The notes beneath the pieces were generated by a model, which was not told the DNA's origin, did no database searches, and saw nothing but the letters and a program-made list of their open reading frames with translations. 64,000 nt of DNA from Azolla caroliniana (Eukaryota > Plantae > Polypodiophyta): positions 310,001-374,000 of the forward strand of contig JBHGNT010000015.1 in NCBI GenBank assembly GCA_043228905.1, in the 5' to 3' direction. Shown here in pieces: positions 48,346 through 62,432 of the stretch. How positions within the stretch are numbered: position 1 is the stretch's first letter; each line of letters opens with the position of its first letter. Made by a program: the position numbers and the translations under genes.

Positions 48346-50397
48346 ATGCAGGCTCTGGAAGACAGACTTAGGATGCCCGGGGGCTTCATCACATTGTTGC
48401 ACTTGCAACTAATCCTCCTCCTCATGTGGACTTCCACCTTCACTTCCCAACATGTGCAAGGTAAATCACAAAAAATAATCCATCCACTCCACTCCCTATT
48501 ACTTAGTCTTGCTAAAATTCAACATCACATTATTGCATTGCATGCCAAAATCTAATCATGTGTCAAAAAACAAAAACAGGGGCGGCCGTCGGGTTTAACT
48601 ATGGAATGCAAATGTCGGGCGTCCCCATGCCGGCGCAAGTCGTGAACCTCTTGAAGCTCCAGCACATCCCGAGCCTCCGTCTCTACGACCCGAACCCCGC
48701 AGCTCTCTCGGCTCTCTCGGGTAGCGGAGTGACCGTGGCCGTGACCATCCCCAACACTCAGCTCCTTAGCGTCGGCCAATCCAACGCGTCCGCGGCCAAT
48801 TGGGTGAAGAACAACGTGGCCGCCTACCTCCCCAACACCAATATCACCACCATCATCGTGGGGAATGAGGTGTTCACTTCTCTTCCCAATGCCGCGCTCG
48901 TCTTGCTCCCCGCCATGAAGTACCTCTACTCTGCCCTCTCCTCCTTCAACCTCCAAAACCAGGTGAAGATCACCACCACCCTCTCCACCTCCCTCATCCT
49001 TGACTCCTTCCCTCCCTCCCAAGCCTTCTTCAACAAAACCATCTCCACCTCCTTACTCCAGCCCATGCTCGCATTCCTCGCCAGCACCGGCTCCTTCGCC
49101 ATGTTTAACGTCTATCCCTACGACGTCTACAAGGCCGGTGCCGGCATCATCACCCTCGATTATGCCCTCTTCAAACCCTTGCCGTCCGGTGCCGAGATTG
49201 TCGATTCCAACACTCTTCTCGCATACACCAATCTCTTCGATGCCATTCTCGATTCCGCGTATTTCGCTCTCGCTAAGCTCAACCTCTCCTCGCTCCCCAT
49301 TGCCGTGGCCGAGACTGGGTGGCCCTATCAAGGCGATGTCGATGCGAACCCAGACAATGCGGCTACATACAATAGCAACCTCATCCGGCACATAGTCAAT
49401 GACACAGGCACGCCGAAACACCCCCGGTCGCCCATCAATATCTACATCCTCGAGCTTTTCGACCAAGACCTAAAATCAGGCCCCGCCACCACGAAGCATT
49501 ACGGTCTCTTCAATGCCACGACGATGCTACCCAATTATCTGCTCCGACTCACTGGGTCGGGTCAGCTACTCGCCAACGACACAACGAATCAGCTCTATTG
49601 TGTGGCAAAGCCGGGAGTGGATAACGACGTGTTACAAGTAGCCCTTGATTGGGTGTGTGGTACTGGCCGAGCTAACTGCTCCGCCATTCAGCCCGGGATG
49701 TTGTGTTATGAACCCGACACCGTGCCCAACCACGCGTCTTATGCCTTTGATAGCTATTATCAGGCCAACGGCCGGTCCGACACGAGTTGCACATTTAGCG
49801 GGGTCGCCGTCATAACCACCACAAATCCAAGTAAGTCTTGTGAAAGAAATGTCTGAGCTTGAGTCAATAAATGTTTTATGTGGGAAATCTTAGCCTAACT
49901 TGTGGCGGTATCCAATGGCTGGGCTTTCCGTTTTGTTTTGGGCACAGGTTATGGAGCGTGTCTCTATCCCGGAAGGTATGTTTGTTTGTTTGCCCCTTCC
50001 TCTTCAATGAAATTTTCTTCTAATACTCTCTCTCTCACACACACACACACCCAATTCTTCTTCTCAGGAAGATAGAAGAATGTAAATATGCTAAAAATGG
50101 TGTCCATAGAGATATCCATTAGGTCAAATGTTGGGTAGTTGGCTATATATATAATGGTTGATTTGTAATGGATGTGTATTTTGCAGTATGACCAACTTCT
50201 CGTCGGTGTCGACGTCTTCGAACGAGACATTGTCGGCGTCCAATGGCACGGTGCTAGATGGGAACAACACGTCTAGTGGCAATAATGACACGAGGACATC
50301 GGGAGCGGCCGGGCTCTTCTCCTTCTTCCAAACCACCACAGCCGCCCATTTCTCTGCCGGCCTTTTGTTGGCCTTGCCATCATTATCATTATTATAA
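48346..50397 (+). CDS. Glucan endo-1,3-beta-glucosidase (GH17 + X8/CBM43, probably GPI-anchored), 4 exons
   Basis: Exons 48346-48460, 48580-49830, 49948-49975, 50187-50397. Signal peptide; VGFNYG, VGNEV and VAETGWP (both catalytic Glu present); X8 YCVAK...ALDWVCG...CY.P...HASYAFDSYYQ; hydrophobic C-terminus. Confidence 0.94.
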
Positions 50398-52268
50398 TTT
50401 ATAACACATACTGATACAATACATACATATTTAGGTTAAAGAAATAGTACTAGTAGTATGTATGTATTTATTTACGTTACCTTTTTTTGCCCTCTCTTTT
50501 GCCAATCCCCATTTACGTGTAGTAAGTAAGTAGCTAGTCAAGAAAATAACCATTTTTCTTACCATATGGGCCCTGTCTTTTCTTTTCACTGTGTAAACTT
50601 TTGGAATCATCCAGTTCACAGAGCCATGCAAGGCTGTCAGGCAGGCACACAACACAGAACCCACCATCACCCATCAATCAATGTGTCACGTGATGTGCTG
50701 CTCTGACTTTTTTTTTATTTTCTTTTTCTTTTCTTGGGGGTAAATTGCATCTATGTTTTTATTTACCCTACCCCATACATATTTGAATGAGAGACTAGTA
50801 ATTTTGTTCTTGTTCTTCTTGCTTGCTTGCTTTAGTTGGTTGCTTGGTTCTTCCTCATTTGGTGCATATGTTGTTTTCCTTATACATAGTTTGAGCATGA
50901 CTAGTAACCATTTTCCGGTGCGAGAACGAGAGAGAGAGAGAGAGAGTGTGTGTGTGTGTGTACGCGGACAAAGTAAAGTACGTACCTTACGTTAGCTATC
51001 CACACATTGTCCTATTCAATGGATGAATGAATGAATGAATGAATGAATGAATGAATGGCCTTGTAAGTTGTACCTACGTAAGGTTGTAGGGGACAGACCC
51101 TCGAGCCATGTGTCCCCCCACTCGCGCTTGCCATTGAATCAGCTGTAAGGCTTTAGATTGCTTAATTATATATATGTTTCATGGTAGGAATTTAATAATG
51201 TAAGCTCGTGAATCCATGGGCTTTTTAATTTGAGTTTCTGAGGATGTGTAAAATAATCTTATGTGATGTATTCGTAAATGCAATGATTATGATGCATTGT
51301 GCTTTCTCCCCCAATGGCCTATCTTTTGTATAAAGTGGGAACTTAAATCTAGAGTATGTGCTCCGAACAACAATGTACGGAAACACTTCATAATGCAATG
51401 TCATGCAAAGACTTTCTGTGAACATACTAATTAGTGTTGATGAAAACTTCATACCATCACAACGAATACTTTGGTATGACTTCATACTTTAAATTAATGT
51501 TTACAACGAATACTTTGGTATGACTTGATATTTTAAATTAATGTTCCCTATGTATTGTATCTTGTTTAAGTTAAAGGGGAGGTTACATAGCATAGGATGC
51601 AATAATAATAAGTGTCATCTTATTCTCTCCAAAAGTTGTGGACCACATCTCCCTACTCATTTTTTCGAATCAGAATTCCCATAGTGTATTTTTTTTTTTG
51701 TTTTCTCCCGTTAGTTTCTTATTCCCGTTTGGCACTACAGTTTCATCTTCGATACATATGAGCCATCTTTGGCCTAATGATGTGTAAAATATGGTTGGTT
51801 ATGAATGCCATACAATCTTGACCTACGTCAATGTTTCTTTAGAAATGCTTATTCGCGTCGTCTAGGCTTTGTCGACCAATATTCGTAATCTAGTTATCTC
51901 TTCATTAATCTCACTTTCATATACGGAAGCTATCATCACTCTCACATTTTGATAATTTTGACACACATAAGTAAATCTATGATCCAATTGGATTCTCTTT
52001 TTGGTCTTTCTTTCCTTGTGTGTTTTTCTTCTCTTCATGAATATGAATATGACATTCATTCACTTTCATCTCGTTGTGGGAGATATTTTTGCTATCCACT
52101 TGAAATGCTTAATAGAAGTAATTCCCAAGCAAATATGTAATCATTCTATTGTAATGACTTTTGTAGATATTTCATCGTCATTGTTTGATTTGTCATATCA
52201 TGAGGCAACATTGTTCCACAACATAGAAACATTTTCATTATCTATTTCTAAATTAACCATAGTATAAT

Positions 52269-52609
52269 TGTTAGAAATTATAATTAACTAATTAGCTGGC
52301 AGTGAGCAACTACTTAGTTAATTACCAAATATAACCCCACACCATAAGTTATTATTAGTAAAAAACAGTTTTCATGTTAGTTGTAATTCAAAGAAAGCCT
52401 CTACCTCATTTTTCCGTCCACTCTCTCTGCTATATAAAGAGGAAGTTGGGGAACTTGTTTGGTGTGCTCTTTGTATCCTTGCATCTCTTAGCCATTACTC
52501 TTTGTTGTTGCATTATGAGCTTGCTTTAATCAAATCCCTTGTTGCTTCTCCAAGTTATTCCATAATTTCTGTTTGTCATAAACATGTACCCTGTATCAAA
52601 ATCTCAACA
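52269..52609 (+). mobile_element. Probable solo LTR (341 bp)
   Basis: TGTTAG...CTCAACA termini, TAAT on both flanks, internal CTATATAAAG. Confidence 0.5.
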
Positions 52610-53296
52610 TAATTGAATGATTAGACGTCTTTCAAATGTGGTTAAGACGTCAACGATATCTTTCACTCAGCACACTGTTTTAACAACATCAAGATCATTT
52701 AAAGACACCATCAACATTAATTGCGTCTATTTTAACCATGGTTAATTACAACAAAATCAAACCACCTTCTCATCATTCCTTTTTCACCAAGCATTGTTAT
52801 ACGACGACATCATGATAATCTTTAAAAGCATCATCATTGACATTTGCTTCTAACCCAACCATGGTTAGCTATTGGTGAACTCTTTGGTTGGAGTTGAGCA
52901 ACATACATCAACATCATTCATTGATAACAAAACCATGAACATTGAGCGCGTTCCAAGTTAACCGTGGTTAATTGCAATTACGAACCCACGCTTAACTTAA
53001 TTGTGTGGTCAAATTTATTACACTCACTTTAGGAATCATATCTTTAACGTTTTACATATATGTCCGATATTAACCATGGTTAATTTCAATATGCAGCCTC
53101 TCTTAACTGTGGTTAGGATATCGAACACCATGGAGCTTGGCTATGGTGTTTGGCCTGCGGCTCTCGGCAGATTCTTTTCCCAAGGCAAGCTTCCCTAACC
53201 TAAAATATATGGCACCGATCTCAGTAAATTCACCACTTTGTCTTCTCAGGGAAACGACCATTTCTTCATTCCAAGTTTCATACTCTGAAACCTCGG

Positions 53297-56023
53297 ATGT
53301 CTTCGTCTTCTTCTTCGTTCAAACTGGAAAAAGATGTGATTGTTTTGAATGGACTTAAGCATCTGGTAGATCCGATGAAATATAAGGTATGTGAAATTTC
53401 ATAACTGTTACAGAATTGAAAGACAAAAGATGAGAAGGCGAGGACTAAACTGCTAATGTAGGGTTTACGTGAAAGATACTGATAAAGAAAAGCTTGTTTG
53501 TCACGATATGCTGCGCTCATATGATCATATGAGCTAACAAACCATTTTGGATCAAATAGTCACATGAAAGATATGATCAGGCAGATCTAAGACTTGTGTG
53601 TGAAGATATGCTACAATATCTATAGGAGTTGGATAACCGTTTTGAATCAAATGGTGACCTATGCCACTTCTTGGTTAAAATCATGAGAACAAATCTAGAA
53701 GGTAGAGAGGACACAATGGGAAGAGAACCTAGAAACAATTTTGAACCTTTTTGCCACCTTGTTTGATAGCATACTCGTGAACAGCTTACATTCACAATTT
53801 GTCAACCATGTAACATGCAAGTTCGCGTGCATCATTGATTGCAATTTAAATGGAAGAATCCTTCATGACTGGAATTTCCAATCAGAACATTTTGGAGCAA
53901 GAACCACAAATTTCATGATATCTGGTTCTATCTCAGAATTGTCTGTGTCGTGATCACATTTCAAACTTTCTGACGGAAACTTTCACTCAGGTGAACATGT
54001 TTGTTCTTTGGATGAAATCAGTTAAACTTTGCTTTTTCAGACGTTTGCAGAGCAGTCTTTTGGCGCTAGAGAAAGAGTATCAAGTACAATGTTAGAAATT
54101 CTGCAGACGTCTACATTTATTCGTGTGATCAAATTCAGGATTTTTTTTGCATCCCTGGGTATATTTTCAGGGGAATAGAAGGGAGGAGGTATTTGTATCA
54201 AGGGCATGCTCACTTACATAAAGCTGTAAGAAAGAGGGTTAAAAACCTTTAGGTTATATTGTCTCAAAACGTTTTCTCCTCCACATTCACGGGGGAGTTC
54301 TGCTAAGTCTTAAGAGTGAGATATGTGGTCTGTTTAAAGACACCTCACTTGTTTGTATGTCACGTGATAGTACAACCATCTTCATGCATCATTAACCATA
54401 TTTTATCTTGTTAGTTATAACCATTGTAGGTGTTCAAATTTTGTATAGATATGAAAATTTTATCTTGTGAAGATTTCAGCAAGTGTGGGGAGATTTTAGA
54501 TTATTTCTTTGAAAATTCTGTGGATTTGATTTAGCCCTTTTATACAGGTTTGGTTATTGGATCAGTTTGGTGTGCTTCATGATGGACAGAAGGCTTATCC
54601 AGGAGCAGTAGAGACTTGTATGATGATTTTGGTGGATGATAATTAGATTTTGCATGCATATAAGTAGCCTTATAGTGAAAAGAACTCTTGCAGTACACAG
54701 GATTGCACAAACTGGAGTAAAGCTAGTAATTATAAGTAATTCATCAAGAAGAGCAACTTCAACATATGAGAGGATGCAAAGCCTTGGGTTTGATTCCACT
54801 TTGTTCACAGGAATAATCACAAGTGGGGAACTTACACATGACTACCTTCTACGGTGAGCATATGTGAAATTGATATGGATTCCATAATTCTCACTAAAGT
54901 AAGGGAATAGTGAATCTCTTGATTGTTGAGTAGAAGGCATGATCCATGGTTTGCTGCACTTGGTCATAAATGCATACACATAACATGGAGGGAGCGTAGT
55001 TCAATCTCCTTGAAGGTAAACTGTGTTCCTTATACCCTATAAATTCCCTTAGCAAAGCAGTGATTCTATGCTCAGAAGAGAAATCCTCTTCTAGGCCATT
55101 TTGCATTTTTGTGGACATTAAGATGATGTCTCATTTCATTTCATTTCTTGTTTTGTGCCTGAATACAGGGCTTAGGACTAGAAATTGTGGAAGATCCCGA
55201 GTTAGCAGACTTTGTCCTAGTACATGGTACTGAAGCCTTGGGATTGAGAGATGGGGGTATCAAACCTGCAACATTAACAGAAATAGACACTGTTTTGAGT
55301 CTTGCTGCTGGGAGAGGACTGCCAATGGTAGTTGCTAATCCCGATCTTGTCACTGTGGAAGCTAGAGATCTGATGATAATGCCAGGTATAGGCTGCCAAA
55401 TATGTAACAATCATCCTAGATCTATGTCTAAACAAGTGTAAAAATCTTTTGTAGTTATTTCAATCAAGCTCATTCAAGTAACTGATCTTTTTTAGCATGG
55501 GCAAACTTTTTCTCATGTTGTTTCTGTCCGTCTTACCATCCTGTCTTAATTTGACTCATTCTGTCATTTCATTAACATGGTATTTCATGAAATTTGAATA
55601 GGTTCACTAGGTTTACAATACGAGAAATTAGGAGGTTATGTAAAGTACATGGGCAAACCGGATTCTGTAAGTTGTGACGAATTTTAGCAATTGGATATGT
55701 TGTTTTAGGATGTTAAATAATATAAAAACATTAGGCAGATGAAGTAGTCACAAATTTATTGGATGCAGGTAATCTATAAGGCTGCAGCTGAGATGACAGG
55801 ATTTCAGTGTTGTGATATGGTGGCTGTGGGGGATTCTCTTTTCCATGACATTCAAGGTGCAATGAACAATTCCATTGATTCTGTGTTTGTAGCAGGTGGA
55901 ATTCATGCTCGCGACCTTGGAATTAGTAGTATAGGAGATCAACCTAATCCAGATGACCTCCAATTTCTCTTGAAGGCCGAAGGCTTTTATCCTACATATG
56001 TTGTGCCTATGTTTTCTTGGTGA
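53297..56023 (+). CDS. HAD-superfamily subfamily IIA hydrolase (multi-exon; possible upstream extension from 53130)
   Basis: LNGL.HL, WLLDQFGVLHDG..AYPGA (motif I), IISNSSRR, ITSGELTH, VANPD, MGKP, AVGDSLFHDIQGA. GT-AG introns. Confidence 0.92.
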
Positions 56024-58427
56024 ACTATTCTTGTGATTGTAACAATCACTATTTATGATAATGTAAATGATGAACGAACTCCAGATCAAGATAATAAAGA
56101 ACCAAAATTCTTCATCAATGAACTGGGCTATCAGCTTTAGTCGGCACTACAGAGATGACATTATTATGACTTGTCCATTTCTAGCTCGTTACTTTGATAT
56201 CATGCATCAACAAATTTCCACCATTTATCAACACTAACATCATGGAATTGTCTTTTATACTGAGTAACAAGTGGGCAACATGTCTATGTTTCAATAAAAA
56301 TCAATGAGAAAAAACTCATTTCTAAGTGGTTTCACAGTGGCCTCTTTACTCTGGTGTCTACACTCACACAATGAAACTATTTTCTTTCTGACATAAAACA
56401 ATCTTGCCCGCGTTCTAGTAAAGAGTTTATGCTAGAAGAGGTCTTAAACTAAGAGGAACACATGTGCTAAATGGGAGTCTTATCCCAATATAGAAGATGA
56501 ATACTGAAATATGTACTTGTTTCTTGTGAACATAAAAATCCATACGAATGTATTTTTATTTTGTTTTGAATGACGATAAACTTTTTTAGTGTCAATACTA
56601 TACGTTTGGTGTTTTCTGAAAATTAATTCTACTCTTGGTTTGATAAAAATAGTAGATCCGTCGAGTTATTCTGATCTTTAACATTTTAAAAGAAATTGCT
56701 AATTGTTAAATGGCTCATTATTGGTTTCCTTTACCTTAATTAAGTAGTTAGATAGCTTGAGACTAGGGACGTGATTGTCTTAATTGGTGCATTATGCATT
56801 GGAGGTGTTTGATTAGATTATGTCATGTGCTTTTTTAGATAGCTAATTGCATTTCATTGTCAAGTTGTAGAATGCAATTGATTGAAGGTGTATTGATTAA
56901 ATTGGTTATTATTGATTTCTTTATCATTTAATTAAAATAAAATGATAGGTTATGAGATAGTGTGCCTATTTTGCTTGACTAAAAGAGAGTATTAACGTAG
57001 AGTGTAGATGGTGTTAGGCCAAATAAAAGAAGAGTTTTTGTATATTAGGTCGAAATTTAATAAAGAATGGGCTCTAAGCAACATCAAATATTGCAATAAC
57101 ACTTGAAAAGATGGCTATCTTGTATATGGAAACATAATACCCTAGTTTCATGGAATTGGGTAAACACATTTAAAACTTGGTTGTTGGTCGTGGTTGTATA
57201 ATGATGTTGGTGGGCTTCCTTGACTAAGTGTCATTAGGATGTTGTGTAGCACATCGTGGGGAATTGTCTGTCCGATGGACAAGGGGGAATTGGTCCTTTA
57301 GAGAGTTGGTAGTTGGCAATTAAATATTGACTAAGAGAACCAACAAAAAAGGTGGCATGAACATGCATTGGATTGGACTTTGTGTGACATTGATTGTAGG
57401 TTACTTTGCAAAACTCCATAATTAGTACTTAATGCAAAAATACTCACAAGAAGAGTAAGGGAGAAACTTGGTAAATCTCTGAAAACCATAACTAGACTAA
57501 TAAGGAGATAATGTTATAATATAGAGAGCTTTGATACCTTTGGAGCGCTTTACTAATCACAGGAGGTATTTCAATGTTGGGAATCTCTCTCTCTCTCTCT
57601 GTGCATTATTCTTTTGACCTTATATAGAGGAGGCCGATGTTGATTGGTCGTATTATGTTGCTCGCCATCCGACCCTACAATGTTAAAGGTGTGTCGATGA
57701 TTTCATCATATCCATTTTATCATTGTTAAAGATATTATTTGTATTTAATAGTTTTAACATACTTTATTACATTAATATTTAAACCTCAACCCCTTTATAA
57801 TCATAGGTCAATTGGTCCATTTACAGTCCTACCAAATGACCAACATTGACTCCATTAAAGAATACCCATTTGGAATGCATGATCATGTCCCATTTTACAA
57901 AGAGAATACCTTAACATGATGCTTATTTGAAGGGAAGAGAGCAAAATCTTACCAAGCTCAAACCAAATCGAATGTCACATTGAAACCTTAGAGACCTTGC
58001 TCTAATTTACTTTGTCATAATGCTTTCACTAGGAAGGGGCTGCTCATGGAGTGTTGGACTGGCACTAGAGAAGGTGGAAGTGCTAATCCTAATTCTAAGC
58101 TAAGCTATTTATGGGAGTGATTTGGGATTTAAGTGTGCATTGCTTCACAATATAATGAGTAAGGGAACACGAGTTTATAATTGAGTGTAACGAGTCACGA
58201 CGCCTTTAAGCATAACATTTCGAGGGATAATCTACAACTATGTATATGTGTCTCATGTATGACAATCAAAGAGTGTATCATAAGTCAAAGACATCATTGA
58301 CAACATATTTCCTTTGATAAGTGGAAAAGACATGGAAAAGGTGGACAATTGTAAGAAGGGAAAGAACAAGGGAAGAGTGTCAGAACCTTCTTAGAAAAGT
58401 AAGGAGGCAAATGCATAAAGAGAATTA

Positions 58428-58467
<40 letters not shown>

Positions 58468-58568
58468 TATGGCTATGTGTGTCAGGGTAATGGGCAGGAT
58501 GTATGGCAATCAGGTCAAAGGCACCATAATTCCTTCATGAATGAAGAGCTTTTTCGAGAGAAGAGGAG

Positions 58569-58616
<48 letters not shown>

Positions 58617-58620
<4 letters not shown>

Positions 58621-61593
58621 GGTCTTTTGAAGGGCATGTTCTACCAGGTACTCTGTTTCTTCTGATAGGTCTTTGGCATGTAGGCAACACTATTGTGAAG
58701 TATGTGGGAGGGACAGCCGGTTCTTTCCAAGGGAGGATATGGCACCCTCTTCCTGGGAGCCGATGCCGCCCTCTCAAGTACCTCGAACTCTATGTCATCA
58801 CAATTGGTTCGTTGATCGACATGTGCATCGAATTCTTCTACTCCACCCACATGCGGTTCACTGATGGCCATGGCTCCCTCAATTCTGCCCACCTCAATGA
58901 TTTCGAACACGCCGCCATGCTCCTCATGTTCTTCCTCTACGGCATCGCAGCGCTGCTCAGTGAAACAACAGGGTACTACCTACCTTCTTCTCCCTCTCTC
59001 TTTCTCCCAATTTAACTTAATTATGAATTGTTTTCTTTTTTGGTATAAGCTTGATTTCTATGTTACCTATTTTTTTTGAGAGAGAAAATCTTTCCTAAAG
59101 TTCAGGGGAGATAAATTGCGATCTATGGGACGATCTGGCCTAGCCCCATGGCAAGGATCAAACTTGGATTCTTTCAATGTCATGACTTTGATGCTATGGT
59201 GTAAACCACCAAGCCAACACACACACACACACACACACACACATCCATTACAAGAAAAAACCTGAGAGATCCATGGATAAATAAATGTATAGCTCAGTTG
59301 GTAAGGACGTCTGGTGGTCCTGCATTTTTGCCTCTACTTTCTCCACTGGCAGTAATGAGATTAGAATGCAGTGGATTACGAAAAACATGATTTACCACTA
59401 TGGTATAGCCGCACCGCAGTATGTGAAGAAAGCCAGAATGTCGCGAAATATGAGGAGAACACTGTTGGAAGAAGTTCGACTCAATGGAATTGCCTACCAC
59501 ATGGAAAACTTGAAAGGATTTCTGGAGAGAGATGAAATGTAATATTTAACTTCTACAAGTGGCTAAACTGACCTATGAGATGAGACTTGCAACTTCTATT
59601 AGATGGAAAAGTTGGAAAGAAAAGTTCAAAGTCTTCTCCAAAGTAAGAATTCTCTAGGGAGTCATCTTCTCATTGAAGTTGCAGAATTCCGAACTATATG
59701 GGCAGAACAAATAGTAGACTTTCAATTGTTAGATTATAAGACATTGGCAGAAGTTTGTTGTAATGAGCATGCACGTATGCCCATCTTTGAGCTAGTGAAG
59801 TTAAACCATCAGTAGTATACATCAACCTCCAAGAAATAAGTTAAAATCTGCGGAATAGAGGTTATTCTCCAGCAAAAGTTGAATCATATTTTGAGTGAGT
59901 TGTGAATCACAATCTATTGTAGAAATGCACTTGCCTGCAATTTTAGGATCTGACGAAACTTGGTGAATCTGTTGGAAGAATATACAAACTGATGTGGGAG
60001 CTTAAAGAAGCATAAACAGAAAAATCAACTGAGAGAGACATAGATAGCAAGGCCAAATCACAATTTACAAAGAGGGAGAAGGGAAATTGAGTGAATTGGT
60101 ATGTGTTAACTGGAAATATTGTAGCAAATAGTGGATCTGAGAATCTCTACAATACAAAAACCCTCTGATACTTTGAATATAACATGGGGTCAAACGAGGA
60201 TCTAATCCTCAGAGATGGATGAAAGAATGTGATCCACGCGAATGTAGACAAAGATTAAATGTGCGAAACAACGGCAAATTGATAGAAACTCAACATGGAG
60301 GTTGATGTACCTAGAATTACTTTGCATTGTTGTTGATGTATGAACCTTCGTCTGACTCTTGAACAGTAGCAATGCCATCGTATCTATTCTGCATATGGAT
60401 GTTACAAAGTCTATACTAATTGAGATGGATTTTTCTGGTGTAGGTTAGCACTTATGTTTGTTTTGTTGTATACTTCTATTCTCTACTTGATCAATTGTGT
60501 TTAATACCCACCAAAACAATCTGAGTGTGTGGGTATGCACGATGTTGCCTTACCAGCACCATTACAGTTCGAAATGCTGGATTTTGGCTTGAATATCCAT
60601 CATGTTATACACCCACTCTAGCTATGAGTTACTAAAGACTATACCAATCTTATAAAGGTGTACACAAGAATTGAACATTATCAGCACATTAATACAGCAA
60701 AGATATACAAGAGAATATGAGGATAAAGAGATGAACAGCTCTTTATACTTTCCAGCATTTACTAAAGATGGAATATGGAATGGGAATTCCTGGATTATGA
60801 TAGTTGTCAACAGCTAAGGAAAGCAATATCCATACCCCAAAAACAGTGACATTGCCAGCATCGTGTTAATTGGTGGATAAATGTATTTGAAATTCAGGGG
60901 TTTGATTGTTCTTGCATGCTTGTTTACATATTGGCGACTTGTTCAAGCCAAATTTGATCATTTAGAACCGGAATGGTGCTGGTAATTGCACTGAAATATT
61001 GGTGACTTGTTTATTATAGTTACGCTTTGCGAAATAGATTTGAGAGAGATAAAAGAGGGCTGTGTGCAGAGAGTTGAAGAATTCATTTTACATAATAATA
61101 GTCTTTGCTTGACAGGTTTCTTCCTCTTCCAGATGGAGTGCTTTACATTATTGCAGCAATGGCTTTTACTGCTGAATACCTTTTATTCAATTTCCATTCC
61201 ACAACCCATGCCGGGCTCGAGGGACGGTATCACGAGCTATTGGTCATCTTAATCGGCTTATGCATAGTATTCACGCTGCTCAGTGCAGCTTTTCCAAAGA
61301 GCTTTACCATAGATTTGGTTAGTGGAATGGTATTAACATTGCAAGGGCTATGGTTTTATCAGATTGCATTTACACTGTATGGTCCGTGGATGCCAAGTGG
61401 GTGCCATAAAGAACCTGAAGGACCTTCATGTGAATCATCGGATTTTGAGATGAGGGGTCAGTCACTAGCCGATGTACAACTAAACCTCTTAGTTTCTTCC
61501 CTCTTGATTGTGGTGGTGGCTTTTTATGGTGTGGCAGCGAAGCTGTGTGGCCACCATGTAGATATTGCATCATTTACTCCAATGGCTAATTAA
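58617..61593 (+). CDS. DUF716/TMEM45-like membrane protein, 2 exons
   Basis: Exons 58617-58972 and 61116-61593. MGSFEGHVLPG, YLELY, HLNDFEHAAML, E.LLF.FHST.H.GLEGRYH, QGLWFYQ.AF.LYGP. Confidence 0.9.
59069..59218 (-). mobile_element. Possible degenerate tRNA-derived SINE in an intron
   Basis: Minus strand TGGCTTGGTGG (A-box-like) ... GTTTGATCC (B-box-like), with a short A-run at the 3' end. No clear TSD. Confidence 0.3.
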
Positions 61594-62208
61594 TTTTTTG
61601 TTTGGTTGTAATGGTAGAAAGGGACCATATTATTACGTCTTCTGAAAATAATGATAAATTTTTGTAATGTGTTTGCTTCGTTCCATAATCAAGAAGGTTA
61701 GCTACTACGCAAACCTAAGTCGGCATGACATAACCATTTCCTCGAGGGGGTGTTCTGCAAAGCTATACAAGATTTTGTCACTCGAGATGCTTTTCGAAAT
61801 GGAAATGAGAAAGAACAGTGAGCCTTGTGTGCCAGCATCATTGAAAAAATATGAGGTGCATCAATGCCATAATACAACACAAATAACTCATTAATTCATT
61901 TCCCTAAGGATAGAAAGGGAAAAAAATGAGCATAATTTGGATAACAATGTATTGTAAAGCGATTTTTGTAGAACTCGTTAGAAACATATATATTTTCCAC
62001 ATCATGGAGATCAAAGCAACCACAACACTCTTATCAAAAATCTATTTGACTTGTCAATGCTCGTCTTTGTCACACTATTTATCTGGTGATTGGTGAATGG
62101 TGTTGGATGACATGACGACGTTTAGAACTTCCTCATCAAAAAGTGTGCACCATATTTCTCATCAAAAAGTGTGTGGCATATTATATGGTCAGATTGACTC
62201 ATTAATTG

Positions 62209-62432
62209 TTAGAAATTTAATGTATATTCAATATAACATTGCTTAATAAAGCACTTAGTTCTTTTAAGGTTGGATAATTAATTATTAGAAATTTAATGTA
62301 TATTCAATATAACATTGCTTAATAAAGCACTTAGTTCTTTTAAGGTTGGATAATTAATTATTAGAAATTTAATGTATATTCAATATAACATTGCTTAATA
62401 AAGCACTTAGTTCTTTTAAGGTTGGATAATTA
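62209..62432. repeat. 76-bp tandem repeat x3 (AT-rich, near-identical)
   Basis: TTAGAAATTTAATGTATATTCAATATAACATTGC... starts at 62209, 62285 and 62361. Confidence 0.93.

Noticed and set aside
48552-49466. Long antisense and alternate-frame ORFs over the GH17 exon (similar ones over elements A, B and C)
   Set aside because: Expected by-product of GC3-rich or biased codon usage on the sense strand.
47975-58616. (GA)n, (GAA)n, (TACA)n and (TGAA)n tracts near gene starts
   Set aside because: Common plant microsatellites; a GAGA-factor role is possible but nothing here distinguishes them.
59285-60600. A-box-like TAGCTCAGTTGGTAAG plus short ORFs in the DUF716 intron
   Set aside because: No B-box or tRNA body follows. 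Probably an old TE fragment that I cannot classify by eye.
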